Of a DNA stretch of 64,000 nt, positions 38,401-52,527 are shown one piece after another. Both the position numbers and the translations under genes were made by a program. The stretch comes from Octopus vulgaris (taxonomy: Eukaryota), in contig OX597818.1 in NCBI GenBank assembly GCA_951406725.2, forward strand, positions 620,001 through 684,000. Direction: 5' to 3'. The notes beneath the pieces are model-generated. The model had not been told where the DNA came from. It saw only the letters and a program-made list of their open reading frames with translations, and made no database searches. Each line of letters starts with the position of its first letter. The first letter of the stretch is position 1.

Positions 38401-41052
38401 CAAAACAATTACTATTAATATTACTAAAATCATAATGATAGTAAACTGGCAGAATCATTAGAGCATCAGAAAAAGTGATTTGCAGTATTCTATCTCTATA
38501 TTCTGAGTAAAATACCTGCTGAAGTCACCTCTGATTTTTATTCCTTTAAACTCAATAAAATAGAGTACCAGTTGAGTACTATGGTTACTTTAAATGACAA
38601 ACCTTCACATATTAAAATTACTGGCTTTCTACTTTGGAAGCAAATACTCAAATCACAAGAAGTGGTCTGATTTGGAAGGTAGGAGGAAATAGGCTCAGAA
38701 AGACAGTTCTGTGAGTACAAAGTGAGTCAGTTGTAATACAGAAACACTAAACAACATAATGAGCTGATAAAACTTTTGAATGCCGTTTTACTGATTATAC
38801 TGGACCCCATGAATAAGTTTAAGTTCATTCGGAAGTCTAGTAATTAGGGTTAATCATAGTTATTAACTAACACAGTTGCCAAAAACAAACTGGACAAGCT
38901 GTTTCTCATGTAACTTATAAATAAAATAATATGACTGTTGTTGCTGCTATTTCTACTACTAATAATAAAATAATGTTTTCTTTATTAACTAAAGCTTCAC
39001 AAAAATTTTGAGGGTGATACAGAATAATACAAGGTGGAATTACATGAAAGTTCATAAAAATGGAGAATAATGAGAACAAAGAAGGAATAAACTCCATACA
39101 ATGAATAATTCCACCACTCCCATCCTCCCACACACAAAGGAGACTTTGAAAGATTACTCAAAGAAACCTCACAAAATACAATCAGCCTGACCACTAAGGC
39201 AAGTGCCTTCTTCCTGCTGTCCTTAAATTTCTGGGCCCATACTCAGAGAAGACCTATTTCCTCAGATTATGCTTTAGATTTGCAATCGCCTTTCAACAAA
39301 TTTGATAGGTAGCACTTCCCTCTCTTAAATTTTTTTTTTTTTTTATCAGCCATAATTCATAAAGATGAGAACAATACAAAGGACTTGGTAAAACACAGGA
39401 AGGGTTTACCTAAAAATCATGTAAAAAAAAATAATAGAAGCAAAGGCTGAAGAGGGTTGGCTTTAACCTTTAACTTTGTTACTTGTTCATAAATCCTTTC
39501 ACAGTCTTGTCCACCACACAACCTTTTTGCACTATCACCATGAAAAGAGGAAAACTACATACACTTCCTGCCCAACAGAAGATGGCAGGGTTATTTTCAT
39601 GGTGGACTTGGATAATTGTCAGAGCAGTCCAATACATGACATACAGTGAACATAAAAATCATGTTGATGGTGTGTGTGTGTGTGTGTTTACAATTGAATC
39701 ATGTATCTTCAAAATCACTCAGCTACAACAAGTGATGGTGTCGTCATTTCCTTAGTTAACAAATCTGCTGGCTTTGTGCCTTCAAAAACATATGAAATAG
39801 GAGACACCACTTACTTGTGAAACTTAAAATTTTGACTGGAGACAATGATAATGTACTGAAGTAAAAGGCGAAATAATACTCAGCAATGTACAAAGAAGAG
39901 GGGTAGGGAGACAAACAAAGTAGGAGAGAAGAGTTGAGAAGGAAAGATAGCAGGAGAATGTTTTAAAGTGAACCTTTGAAGTGGTTTGTCTTATATGTGA
40001 ATAATTGCTGTAAAAGCTAACAAACAACGTTAACTGATTTTCCGCCACTGATAGGATTCTTTATCAAATCCTACACTGAAATGGGCTGATTGAAAGAGAA
40101 AGAAAATAACTTTAATAAGCTGGCTTTGTACCAAAAATGGCAAACCAGATTCTTGCTCGTGTTTTGAAAGCATTAACCTTTCACCTAAGAGGTATTTATA
40201 TATTACTTTCAGACTCATTATTGCTATTATTATTGTTGTTATTGTTGTTATTATACACTTAGTGGTGGGTGGTTAATGTTTTGGTTTCCTTTATTCTACC
40301 ATAGCTTCTATTAGTGTGAATCAAGTAATGAATTGCTGGTTCGCATTACAACAAACAGTAGTTTCATTTAACTATGTTACACATGTTGTTCTTACTTTTG
40401 ATTGTAACAAGAATCCATCAAAATTCCGCAGTGACTATTTTTGGACTAAGATATTCCTTTCTTGCATGAAGCATGTAAGAAAAGCTACCAGCAACCTAAC
40501 TTCCTCTATTGTACTTATTTCTCTCTCTCTTTCTCCTCCACCCCTACTAGCAAAAGTTCTAATGTAACGGTTTCTCATTGTCACCAGACATCTTAACCAC
40601 CCTACCACAAACTCCCATCTTACTTCTTAAGATTAGGTCTCAAACTCAGAGTCAGAATTCCCTTAAAACAACAGAAAAGGGTAGAGACTGCTTCCAGAAT
40701 GTTCTCTTATCAATTTTGTGTTTAACAGGCAAAGATAAATGGAATTGCTTGTTTCCTTTTCTACCTTATCTTAATGAAATTACCTCAGATAATGAGTGAC
40801 AAAAACTTCCAACTTTCTTCCCACCAACCCACTCAAAACCTTCGGGAATGATACAAAACCTCTTATTTTTAAAAATATTTATGTTTAAATTAAACCCTCC
40901 TTTATAATTTCATGCACAACACCCTTGTTATGTTCTACATACCACCTTAATAAAGAGAAAGTTATTTAACTAAAGTCTTCCAAGTTCTGGATTATTTTAA
41001 AACTAATCAAAATTAAAATCTTTTTCTTATATTATTACAGCAGAATTTAAAT

Positions 41053-41247
41053 AGGCGTAGGAGTGGCTGTGTGGTAAGTATAGGCAAAGGAGTGGCTGTG
41101 TGGTAAGTAGCTTGCTTACAAACCACATGGTTCTGGGTTCAGTCCCACTACGTGGCACCTTGGGTAAGTGTCTTCTACTATTGCCTCAGGCCGACCAAAG
41201 CCTTGTGAGTGGATTTGGTAGACGGAAACTGAAAGAAGCCCGTCGTG

Positions 41248-41290
<43 letters not shown>

Positions 41291-41485
41291 CTGTGTTTAT
41301 CCCCCCAACATCACTTGACAACCGATGCTGGTGTGCTTACATCCCCCTAACTTAGCGGTTCAGCAAAAGAGACCGATAGAATAAGTACTAGGCTAACAAA
41401 GAATAAGTCCTGGGGTTGATTTGCTTGACTAAAGGCAGTGCTCCTGCATGGCCACAGTCAAAAGACTGAAACAAGTAAAAGAGTA
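41053..41485 (+). mobile_element. Full-length tRNA-derived SINE with internal microsatellite; partial copies at about 44150-44300 (-), 52385-52515 (-) and 62905-63075 (+)
   Basis: A box gtggctgtgtggtaa, B box ggttcagtccc, conserved body, central (TA)(TG)n, tail gactgaaacaagtaaaaga. Confidence 0.88.
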
Positions 41486-44400
41486 TTAGTTACAATGCCT
41501 GGACTGTAGCTATGCTGAGGCACCACCTTCAAGAATATGCTCACAAAAAGATTAAAACCAGATAGAACAAAAAAATAAAATAAAGAAATTCATTGACAAA
41601 TGGAAAGTTTCAAGAGAAATGATATTCTACATGGTCTCTGTAATATGAAAATATGTTGATTATCATACCCTTGCACAGTTGGCAATTGATTAAAAATAGC
41701 AGCCAAATCTCCCCCAACAAACTCCCAACTTGAAGAAAAAGGAAAGATAATGTATTCCTACATACACCTTAAAAATACAAGTTGATAGTGATTTATTTCC
41801 TTTGATCATGTAGATTTGCACTGTCAGAGCTGATTTTGAACTAAACAATAATAGCCATCTTTATTGTAAATTAAAACATTTCTGAAAATTAATTTGGAAT
41901 TTAACAAAATAAAAGCTGTCTTTTACTGGATGTCACATAAACAATCTGATTTAAACATTGGGAAAAGTGTCTTGAGAAATTCAGAGTACCTTTTCTGCAT
42001 TTACTCTTTGGACTGATGAACAAAATCAATAGAAAATATCTAAGTGACTGGTTTTTCTATAAAAGAAAAAAATTTAAAAAGCCCCAACTTTTCATAACAT
42101 TTTCAGGGGTAACTTGACAAGAACAGCTTTAACATTAACAAACATCTAATCTCAATCTTAAAAACTTATGCAATACCACCATCAAAACTACTACTACAAT
42201 AACCTCTTTTACTGCAGCAACTACTATTATACATATATATATATATATATATACATACAAGCATATATATACACACACACACACTACGCATACATATGTA
42301 TACAGTACATACAAATACACGTATACATAGATATAAAAACATGTATAAATATATACATACATGCACTGCAAACCTTTCTTTTTAATATCATGAATGTTTT
42401 TATTCTATTGTTTTAACAAATGGCTTAACATTTCAAAAGATTTATTCGTTAAAATAGCAATTACAAAAACAAAACAAGATCTAATGAAATTTATATTAAA
42501 TTCTCTGCTAAGATTCTATTTTAATCTAAAAGATAAATTTTAACTCTTGTAAAACTTCAAATTCCTCAGAATTAAGATACAGTCACTTTTTGTTTCTATG
42601 AAATACAAAATGTGTAAAACACATCTCACACCTCCACATCCATCAATTCCCACAGAGCAGCATGCTGATAGCAATCTTATAAAAGGAAGTAATTCTTGTC
42701 TAAATTTTCAGTCATAATTAGTAGTTATTTTTTTAACTGGGGAATCTTTTCTGATAAACATGGACAATCACAAATTCTAATGACTAGACTTTGTGTGTGT
42801 ATACATACACACACATAAAGTCATCTGAAGCCCATGGCCTAGTGGTTATGGTATTGGGTTCATGATCAAGAGGTCATAGATTCAATTCTCATGCAGGCAG
42901 GAACATTGAGTTCTCACCACTCAACTAAAAATAGGTTCTAGCACCAGTTAAGAGTTAACCTTGTGATAATGTACAGGCATCGAATTCAGGGATGAATCTT
43001 TGTTCTCTCATGTGCCTATCACCTCAAAAACCTGAATACATTCCATCTTCATTTGATATCCACTCTCCATGCTGGCATGGGTTGGACAGGTCATCATAAC
43101 CTGAGTTAGTTCTTCAGAGGACCACATATTTCTGTTATATTTCATTTTTGGCTTGGTTTCTATGGCTGGATGCCCTTTCTAACACTAAACACTTTACAGG
43201 AAGCACTAGGTACCCTTTTTTCATGGCACCAGCACAAGCAAAGTCACTATGCTACTTGCAAGACATAGATTGAGAGAAAGGGAGAGAGAGAGAGTGAGTG
43301 AGTGTGGGTGCATGCATGTATGCATGCGTGTGTGTGTCAGTCAAACAGCCCAGCCATGCCAGCATGGAGCAATGTCATTAACTCTTTTGTCACCATATTT
43401 CTCTTGGAATACACTACTTTTCTTTTACTACTTTTAATTTTGAAATCAATGAAGAATCACTAGCTAAACAACTATAAAAGTTCTCATAAACAGAGCAGTA
43501 AATGCCCAAATCCATATATGAATATATCTCAATAAATCTCAGTGCCAAATATTCTAAAGCACAGTTAAAATAGTGCAACCTAATATACATTATTTTTAGA
43601 GTATTGAGCACTGTGTCTATAACAAAGATACACTGAAAGACATATCTAGCTGTCAAAATCTGAGGTTTCTGAGTTCTTTCCTACAATCATATTTGTTTCA
43701 AATCAATATATTTACAAGTAGAAAAATCACTCTAGTAGGCTGGCAAATATATTCTACTCAAATTTACAGATTACTGGAGTCATGTTATTAGCAGACACTG
43801 TTCAAGTAAATAAAGTAAAATTGTCACAATTGGAAGTCAATTTCTATGTAAGAGTTAATCCAAAAATCTTCACTATTCTTTGGCTCCTTCCTTCCATTTT
43901 TCACAAATCCTCATTTTAAGAACCATTTTTCCATGCGTCATGGAATTGGTTGAAACAGCTTTTTTACAACTGAATGTTCTTTCTGTCACCAATCCTTACC
44001 TTTTTTCCAAATAGAGTTACATTTCTCCATGACCTGACATGTTTTTCATAGAAGACTAGTAACTATCATCATCACTTGTATGACTGAGCTGCTCATTTAC
44101 AACTACCACATAATGTCGAAACAGAGATATTCACATACACACACACACACACGGGATTCTTTTAGTTTCTATCTACCAAATCCACTTATAAGGCTTTGAT
44201 TGACCCAGGGCTATAGTAGAATACACTTACCCAAAGAGTTGAACTGAACCTGAGACCACATGGTTGCAAAGAAAACTTCTTGACCATGTAGCCATGCCTA
44301 CACAAAACATAAAAGCAAAGATGTTTCTTTGTAATATTTATGGTATATTGAACTGTCACTACTCTGGACCTTACTTCTATCTACCTTCTACTAAAGATAT

Positions 44401-44759
44401 AACTAAAAACTGTAACTATCTGTGGAGCCAAAAGTGTGGTATTATTGCTGCTTTTTAAATGGATCTATGACATTCTCTCCTCTCTATCTCTAAAACTACA
44501 CCCATAAGGAATGAGAAATAAACTTAACTGACATTTTTCTATTGACTTCAATTATTTTTGTTGTTGTTGTTGTTACTTGATACCCAAATGTCAAACTGAC
44601 TTCTTTTAATTGTTTAAGTAATGGTGTATCCTTTTATCTTCATTTATTTCTAAACCAACCCCACCCGTCGCTGCCACCATGCTCCTTCTCCCCTTTCATT
44701 TCCTTTTTTAATTTGACACTGATATTGGGTTATGGTTTCTGCTTTTGAAATATCTAATG

Positions 44760-47307
44760 TCCAGCGACGTGAGGACCAAAGAGCTGAGGTATTTCGGATT
44801 GCCAGACAGTGTGTCAGAGAAAATAGTGATGTTACAGGAGAGAAATGTGTCCGCATGGATGATGGGGCACTTGCTTTTACTGTTAGTGAAAAGAAAGAGG
44901 CTTGGAGAAGCCATTATGAAAGACTGCTGAATGAGGAGAATGAATGGGAGGAGGAGAGCCTGCCAAATGTTGACCCAGAAGAGGGACCAGCTACCCGAAT
45001 AGACAGCTCCCTGGTAGTTAAGGCAATTAAGGATATGAAACCAGGTAAAGCCCCCCGGCCCATCAGGAATCACTGCTGAGATGCTTAAAACAGCTGGCTA
45101 TGTGGGCTATGGCCTAGTCACCCGCATTGTAAACCAGGTAGTTCATAATGGAGTCATACCCAATGACTGGCGTAGCAGCACCATAGTCAACTGCTACAAG
45201 GGTAAGGGTGATGCTCTAGATAGAAATAACTACAGGGGTATCAAACTGTTGGCTCAGGTGATGAAGATCACAGAGAGGGTCATAACCCATCTCATTAGGG
45301 AGAGAATTTGCTTAGATGAAATGCAGTTCGGTTTTGTGCCGGGTAGAAGCACCACTGATGCTATATTCCTGGTCCGACAACTGCAGGAGAAGTACCTAGC
45401 TAAAGATAAACCCCTCTACATAGCTTTTGTGGACTTGGAGAAAGCCTTTGACAGGGTTCCCCGTTCCCTTATCTGGTGGTCGATGCGGAAACTGGAAATT
45501 GACGAATAGCTAATAAGGGCTGTACAGGCTCTATACAGAGAGGCTGTCAGCAAGGTTAGGATTGGCAACGAATATAGTGAAGAATTCCGGGTAGAAGTAG
45601 GTGTGCACCAAGGCTCAGCCCTCAGTCCCCTTTTATTCATCATAGTCCTCCAGGCAATAACAGAGGAATTCAAAACAGGATGCCCCTGGGAGCTCCTCTA
45701 TGCTGATGACCTGGCTCTCATAGCAGAATCACTACCGGAACTAGAAAAGAAATTTCGGGTGTGGAAGCAAGGGTTAGAATCAAAGGGCCTTAGAGTAAAT
45801 GTAGCAAAGACCAAAGTTATAGTAAGCAGAAAGGCGAACTCAGCACACACCCCTCGGGCAGGTGGCCCTGCTCGATCTGTAGGAAAGGTGTAGGTAGAAA
45901 CTCCATAAGATGCACCCAATGTAAGCTATGGACGCACAAGAGGTGCAGCAACATTAAAGGGAAATTAACAGATAAGATAGCTTTCATGTGCGGCAGATGT
46001 ACAGGGACAATAGACACCACAGACACTCAGAAAACAGATTCCATCACACTCCAGGGAGAGAAACTAGAAGTAGTTGATAGTTTCCGCTACCTGGGTGACC
46101 AAGTTAGTAGTGGAGGTGGATGCACAGAGAGTATCACCACTAGAATACGAATAGCCTGGGCAAAGTTCAGAAAGCTCCTACCCCTACTGGCGACAAAGGG
46201 TCTCTCCCTCAGAGCAAAAGGTAGATTGTATGATGCGTGTGTGCGAACTGCCATGCTTCACGGTAGTGAAACATGGGCTGTGACTGCAGAGGACATGCGT
46301 AGACTTGAAAGAAATGAAGCTAGCATGATCCGCTGGATGTGTAATGTCAGTGTGCACGCACGACAGAGTGTAAGCACCCTGAGAGAAATGCTGGACATAA
46401 GAAGCATCAGATGTGGTGTGCAAGAGCGACGCTTGCGATGGTATGGTCATGTGCTGCGGATGGATGAGGAGAGATGTGTGAAGAAGTGCCACTCCCAAAC
46501 AGTTGAAGGTATCAGGGGGAGAGGTAGACCCAGGAAGACATGGGATGAGGTAGTCAAGCATGACCTCAGAGCGTTGGGCCTCACTGAGGCAATGGCGAAG
46601 GACCGAGATCTCTGGAGATATGCTGTGACTGCAAAGACCCGGGCTGCATCAGTTCCGCATACCCCATTCAAAGTACCCCGGATCCCAGAACGTCCCGCTG
46701 TGCTTGAGGAGACCTGTTGAGTTAAGTACATGAACATGAACGTCGAAATAAATATCAATGGAAATAGTAGTTGTGATGCCTGTGCCGGTGGCACATAAAA
46801 AGCACTATCCGAACGTGGCCGATGCTAGAGCCGCCCCGACTAGCCTCTGTGCCGGTGGCATATAAAAAGCACCATCTGAACGTGGCCGATGCCAGCGCCG
46901 CCCCGTCTGGCTCCTGTGTGCCGGTGGCACGTAAAAAGCACTATCCGAACATGGCCGATGCCAGCGCCGCCCCGACTGGCTCCTGTGCCGGTGGCACATA
47001 AAAAGACCATCCGAACGTTGCCAGCGCCGCCTTGGCTGGCTTCCGTGCTGCTGGCACGTTAAAAGCTCCTACCAATTGTGACCGATGCCGGACCCCCCCT
47101 GGCACCTGTGCAGGTGGCACGTAAAAAGCACCCACTACACTCGCGGAGTGGTTGGCGTTAGGAAGGGCATCCAGCTGTAGAAACTTTGCCAGATCAGACT
47201 GGAGCCTGGAGCAGCCCCTGGCTTCCCAGACCCCGGTCGAACCGTCCAACCCGTGCTAGCGCGGAAAACGGACGTTAAACGATGATGATGATGATGATGA
47301 TGATGAT
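44760..47307 (+). mobile_element. 5'-truncated, relatively young RTE-type LINE (RT pseudogene, 3' UTR and (GAT)n tail)
   Basis: 'YRGIKLL', 'QFGFVPGRSTTDAIF', '[14 protein letters not shown]', 'HQGSALSPLLF', 'LLYADDL', 'FRYLG', 'RRLRWYGHV', 'GRGRPRKTW'; frameshifts near 45055 and 45850 and a TAG at 45507-45509. Confidence 0.95.
46781..47135 (+). repeat. About 6 tandem 60-69 bp units in the LINE 3' UTR
   Basis: Units start near 46781, 46848, 46917, 46984, 47044 and 47107 with tgtgccggtggcac.taaaaagc. Confidence 0.9.
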
Positions 47308-49166
47308 GTATGTATTTGTTGTTGCTGTTGATGTTGTTATTAGGGGTTTGTAAGAAGTAGGGAAATTATTAACTTCTTAAGGTTGAATCAGGAAAACCTG
47401 TTTCACAACCATCCTACTCCTACCAAACTACCCACACACATAACTGCTACTGAAGGTATATCTGATTTCATATAAATAACCATATTTTTTACTTCCCTAT
47501 TGACTTTTTTCATTCCAGTCTGTATTCCTGTTACTAATTTTAGGTGAAACCTTATTTGCTCCTCTAAGAATTTTAAAAACATTTTCTTTTTCTAGTTGTT
47601 TTTTCATCCATTTCTAAACAGAATAGAATCTGTTCTACATACGATAGTCTAAATATTACACTTCTATTCCCACACACCATTGATGCTGTTGGAAAATACA
47701 TCAACATCTAAACTTCTCCATTTCCTCTCCAATAAAAACAAACTTAAATTCTATAAGTGCATATGAAAGATTGCAATCTTGAAAATGTCCTGTTTTTTAT
47801 TAGCTAATTAGGACCCTGTCAAAGATTTCATTTTGTTCCCAGTAATGTTTTATGACAGCTAATCTTACCAAGCCTAAACCCTTCTGAATTATTGACTACA
47901 GCTGGAGATTGCAGGTATGAAGTTTATGTGAAATATCTCAGAACAAAATTAACCCTACACTACAGAATTAGCTTGTCAGCAGCTTACTTGCATTTTCTGA
48001 ATCAGTTTAAACTGTATTTTATACTGCACTGCACAACAATGGTGAGTTTACACAGTTGCACAACCTACTGGAAATAGCATCTTCTTGCAATTACAACTTT
48101 TAGGAAAGGAAGGGAACATTAAATAATGCAGTCCTAGAGACACTATACCTGAATAAAAAGAGGAGAGAATTTTGACTTTGATTATCAATTTGTTCAATCC
48201 ATGTTCACTTAGGGTTATACAACAATCATCCACATGATGTTCTATATTTGTTACTGGTGTTAGTGGAGGCCACAGACTATGAAGAAGCAAGAGTGGGTGA
48301 GAGGAGGGTATATAGAGATTATGTATTGGTTCTTAATTGATAAAGATATTTCACCAGAGATTCTTGTGTGCACTACTTGTCACTACATCATACATCACAG
48401 CAAGTAAGCTGTAAGTGGAAATGTCAAAGAATTAAGGAAATTCAGAGAAATCAATTTCTCCTTGGATATCAAACAAGACCTGTTAAATTCTACTCTCCAA
48501 ATTTAATAAAATGCAATCAGTTATAGCCATTTTTGCTATTTAACCAAGTTGTAGTGATCCGACAACGGCGCGCGCTCGCGCACCGCCCATTTGTATTTCG
48601 TGCGTGTTGGTGCCTTCACCAAGGCACAGAAAGGAAGGCCCTCTCGCGCATGCGCGAACCACCGGTAGCACGACCCTATTGCCTACGTAGCAGTTAGCGA
48701 GGCAAGGGGGTCGTAGAACGTTTGACCGCTAGCGTCCAGCAAGCGGTGACTTGGGACTTAGCGATTGACGGCGACAGTCACGCATATATTCTCTCCGTCT
48801 GAACTGATTCTAGCAGTCCTTTGGCCGATGACTTTTAACCAAAATTGTTGCAGACCAACATCGTCTCCATTGTTCGACGCCATCTTGGACCCTTTCTGTT
48901 TTCATCGGCTGGACATTGTAAATATTACAATCTATGAACTTTCAGCCTTGCGCGCCCAGAATCAAGGACATCAGATAACACACTTATTGTTATTGTTTAC
49001 CAAGAAAGAGAATAAAGTAGTTATATGTATATTTTACGTCTGCGTCTTGTTGTTTCTGACTTGTAGAGAATCTGGATTATTAAAGCAACGGCTAGTGAGT
49101 GATTGCTTTGTGCACCCCAAAAGTGCACGAGGATATTCACACACATCACGTTAAGTTCGTTACAAG

Positions 49167-49185
49167 TGGTGACCCCCGACGTGAT
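49167..49185 (+). promoter_or_regulatory. Primer-binding site complementary to the 3' end of tRNA-Trp
   Basis: TGGTGACCCCCGACGTGAT lies 2 nt after the 5' LTR; it is the canonical Trp PBS (TGGTGACCCCGACGTGAT) with one extra C. Confidence 0.85.
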
Positions 49186-50705
49186 TCTGGTCTAAAACCA
49201 GAGATCACTTATCAACAAAAAAATCCAGTTTTTCTGCGAGGTCGGAACACGATTTAACTCTACGCATTCATCTTACGACGATTTGTTTTCCGGCCACCAC
49301 AAAGTTGTAGAAGGAGCCTCTTTCTTATTCTACAGCCATGATGACGAACGCCATCACATCATCGATGCCTTTTCTCCACCTTCGTCATCATCATCGTCGT
49401 CTGTCTACTTCACGTCGTCGCTATCTTCGTCGCCATCATCACTAAGAACGATGTTGTCCCAAGTCCACTACAGTCGCCTTCCACCACCAACGTCGCCTTT
49501 CAACACCGTCGACCTCCACCAAGATGTACATAGCAACTCGCGGAAGTTTGGTCCACTTGCCGTTTGTGCATATGCACACCAAGGATTCACAGCACCGTCT
49601 ATCTACGAGATTTCTTCTGTTCCAGTTAACCTGTCACAGCATCGAAGCCACAACCGTTACACGATATGTGTTCAACCGGCATCTGCATTTTGTGATTTCA
49701 ACATTTCTGTTACAGAACGAACTGCTATTGTACATCAGGCTATTACAGACTGGTAAATTAATTCTTGTCTGGAATAGCCCTTGAGAGACATTTTTTTCTA
49801 TGCGCTGTATTTTTTGTATTTTGCTCGCATTCACCTTGTATGTATTTCTGTCGCACACACGTACACACACATAAATGCTCTCTCTCACATACATACGTCA
49901 CACATGCTTTTCTCGCTTGTTTTTTCCATGCTAAATTTGCCTTTTGTGGACACCCCTCATTTCTATAGACCCTAGCGGTCACGTATACATAGAGAGGGTT
50001 GTTTGTCCATTATAACGCGCCAGCATGTCATACCTTTGTTCCTATACGAACGAAGCATATAATCGCTTAACCACTGGCATATTCATTTGCTGTTTTTTGG
50101 TCTGGCAAGCACTGTTGCATTTCATGCGCCTATTGCTTCGCACGTGTACTTGCCTTGTTTTTGCAACACGTTTTGCGTTAGCCTAATTCTTTTCCTGACT
50201 CATAGAATGTCGGATGTTCACATGCGCTGCGCCATGTTTAGGCGTAATTATTTTTCCCTGTTAGACCACTGTTTGGTCACGTAATTAACAGAAAATTATC
50301 TGTGTCGCGCATCACACCAGCATGTTTGCACTTTTGCCTTTTGTGTTACTAGCGAGCTTCTGCCAATTCCATTTCCTCTCCTGCAGCAATTGATTTAACT
50401 GCTATTTTGCAGGATCAACCACCTTTAGAGAAGTTGGATTTTAATTTCGTTTAGGTTCATTAACAGTGAGTTCTGCCTTTTCTTTCGCTCCCTTCAGGGG
50501 AAGGCTCTATACTTTGTGACGTATACACTTTCATGCATGCACTCTTGATTTTTGCTCATTGAGTATTTTTTCTCTTTTTCCTTTAGTAAATTTCTTGTGT
50601 ATGTTATAAATTTTGCCATTATATTATTGTGTGCTATTTGGTTATCTGGTGTCCACCTTGAGTTTTGCAGTCACTACAATAAGTTTCCTTTCGTGTGTAC
50701 GCACT

Positions 50706-50714
50706 GGAGGGGAG
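50706..50714 (+). promoter_or_regulatory. Polypurine tract
   Basis: ggaggggag just before the 3' LTR. Confidence 0.8.
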
Positions 50715-52527
50715 CCTGTAGTGATCCGACAACGGCGCGCGCTCGCGCACCGCCCATTTGTATTTCGTGCGTGTTGGTGCCTTCACCAAGGCACAGAAAG
50801 GAAGGCCCTCTCGCGCATGCGCGAACCACCGGTAGCACGACCCTATTGCCTACGTAGCAGTTAGCGAGGCAAGGGGGTCGTAGAACGTTTGACCGCTAGC
50901 GTCCAGCAAGCGGTGACTTGGGACTTAGCGATTGACGGCGACAGTCACGCATATATTCTCTCCGTCTGAACTGATTCTAGCAGTCCTTTGGCCGATGACT
51001 TTTAACCAAAATTGTTGCAGACCAACATCGTCTCCATTGTTCGACGCCATCTTGGACCCTTTCTGTTTTCATCGGCTGGACATTGTAAATATTACAATCT
51101 ATGAACTTTCAGCCTTGCGCGCCCAGAATCAAGGACATCAGATAACACACTTATTGTTATTGTTTACCAAGAAAGAGAATAAAGTAGTTATATGTATATT
51201 TTACGTCTGCGTCTTGTTGTTTCTGACTTGTAGAGAATCTGGATTATTAAAGCAACGGCTAGTGAGTGATTGCTTTGTGCACCCCAAAAGTGCACGAGGA
51301 TATTCACACACATCACGTTAAGTTCGTTACAAAGTCAACCCAGTTGGAAAAATCTTTTTTTTTAATATTTTCAGTATATGTAGAATTGCTTTGCCTTCAG
51401 ACTGTAGTGTGTGATGAGAAGGAGGATTTAGTTGTTAATTCTAGCAAGCTGAGTAATAATATTAATTACCACATTTAAATAAAAAGGCAACTAGCAGAGA
51501 ACTAGAATTGAGAGGAATTGAACCAGGGCTTCTAAATTTTGATAATCTATCCACCAGTTTACAGGTCCACCATTTCTGAACAACACAAAAGTCCTTCCTA
51601 TGGGAAAAAATGAAATTTCAAGGCTATTTTGAAAGTTGATTCTAGTTCAAAGTTTGACAGCTAACATGTAAGATGACAGACATGTAGCAGATATTTCTTT
51701 TTCTTTCTTAAAAAAAATTTTATTTACAACATACTGATTTAAGTTTCTGGCTGAAGAAGTCACAGCCAAAACAAACCCAAAACTATCAAATATATAGTTG
51801 TATTATCTGTCATCAGCATTTATCAGAAATAGTGATTACACAACTATACTGGATAATTTTATACTACTAAGCAGTATAATGGTCTACTATTTTCAGTTTA
51901 ACTTTCACTGGCTTTCATTGTCTTTCCCTTTCGTCCCTTCTCTCAAACCAGTAATATACAGGTGATATTTCATTAACAAAACTCTTGTCTTCTCATATTT
52001 GTACATGGGCATCTTCAATTTGAAACTCATGTATTTCTATTTTGTTGGATGATTAAGTTTTACTCTATTGCCATAAAGGGATAAAACTTAACACACCAAC
52101 AAACACTAGTATATAGAGACACAGACCTACACAATAGTACAGACAAACATACATATTCAAACGTTTTTCCATGCTAGCATGAGTTAAATAAATATATTAC
52201 TGAGGTATCATTGTTTTACAGCCAGATGCCTTTCCTGTTGCTAACATTTACCTACCTATTTTTCAAGTAAGGGATGTCTTATTCCAACATCTTTGAAGGT
52301 ATGAAGCGAGCAGATAATTCATTAACAGAAGTGACAACAACACACACGGCTTTTATAGAGCATAAATATAAACACATATACAATAACGTTTTTTTTTCTC
52401 AGTCTCTATTTACCAAATTCACTCAAAAGGCTTTGGTTGGCCTAAGTCTATAGAAGAGGACACTTGTCCAAGGTACTGTGCAATGGAACTGAACTCAAAA
52501 TGGCATTGGTTTGGAAAACAATTGTTG

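Larger units (their letters stand above)
48550..51331 (+). mobile_element. Non-autonomous LTR retrotransposon (Gypsy-like signals) with no pol gene
   Basis: Two 615-bp TG..CA LTRs (48550-49164 and 50717-51331), 4-bp TSD AAGT (48546-48549 and 51332-51335), PBS, PPT and a 1552-bp interior. Confidence 0.96.

Noticed and set aside
46781-47135. CRISPR-like periodic array
   Set aside because: The inter-repeat segments are similar to each other, the context is a eukaryotic LINE 3' UTR, and there are no cas genes.
48765-51321. Two identical 129-aa ORFs
   Set aside because: They lie inside the two LTRs, start at TTG and have no recognisable motif; the duplication is explained by the LTRs.
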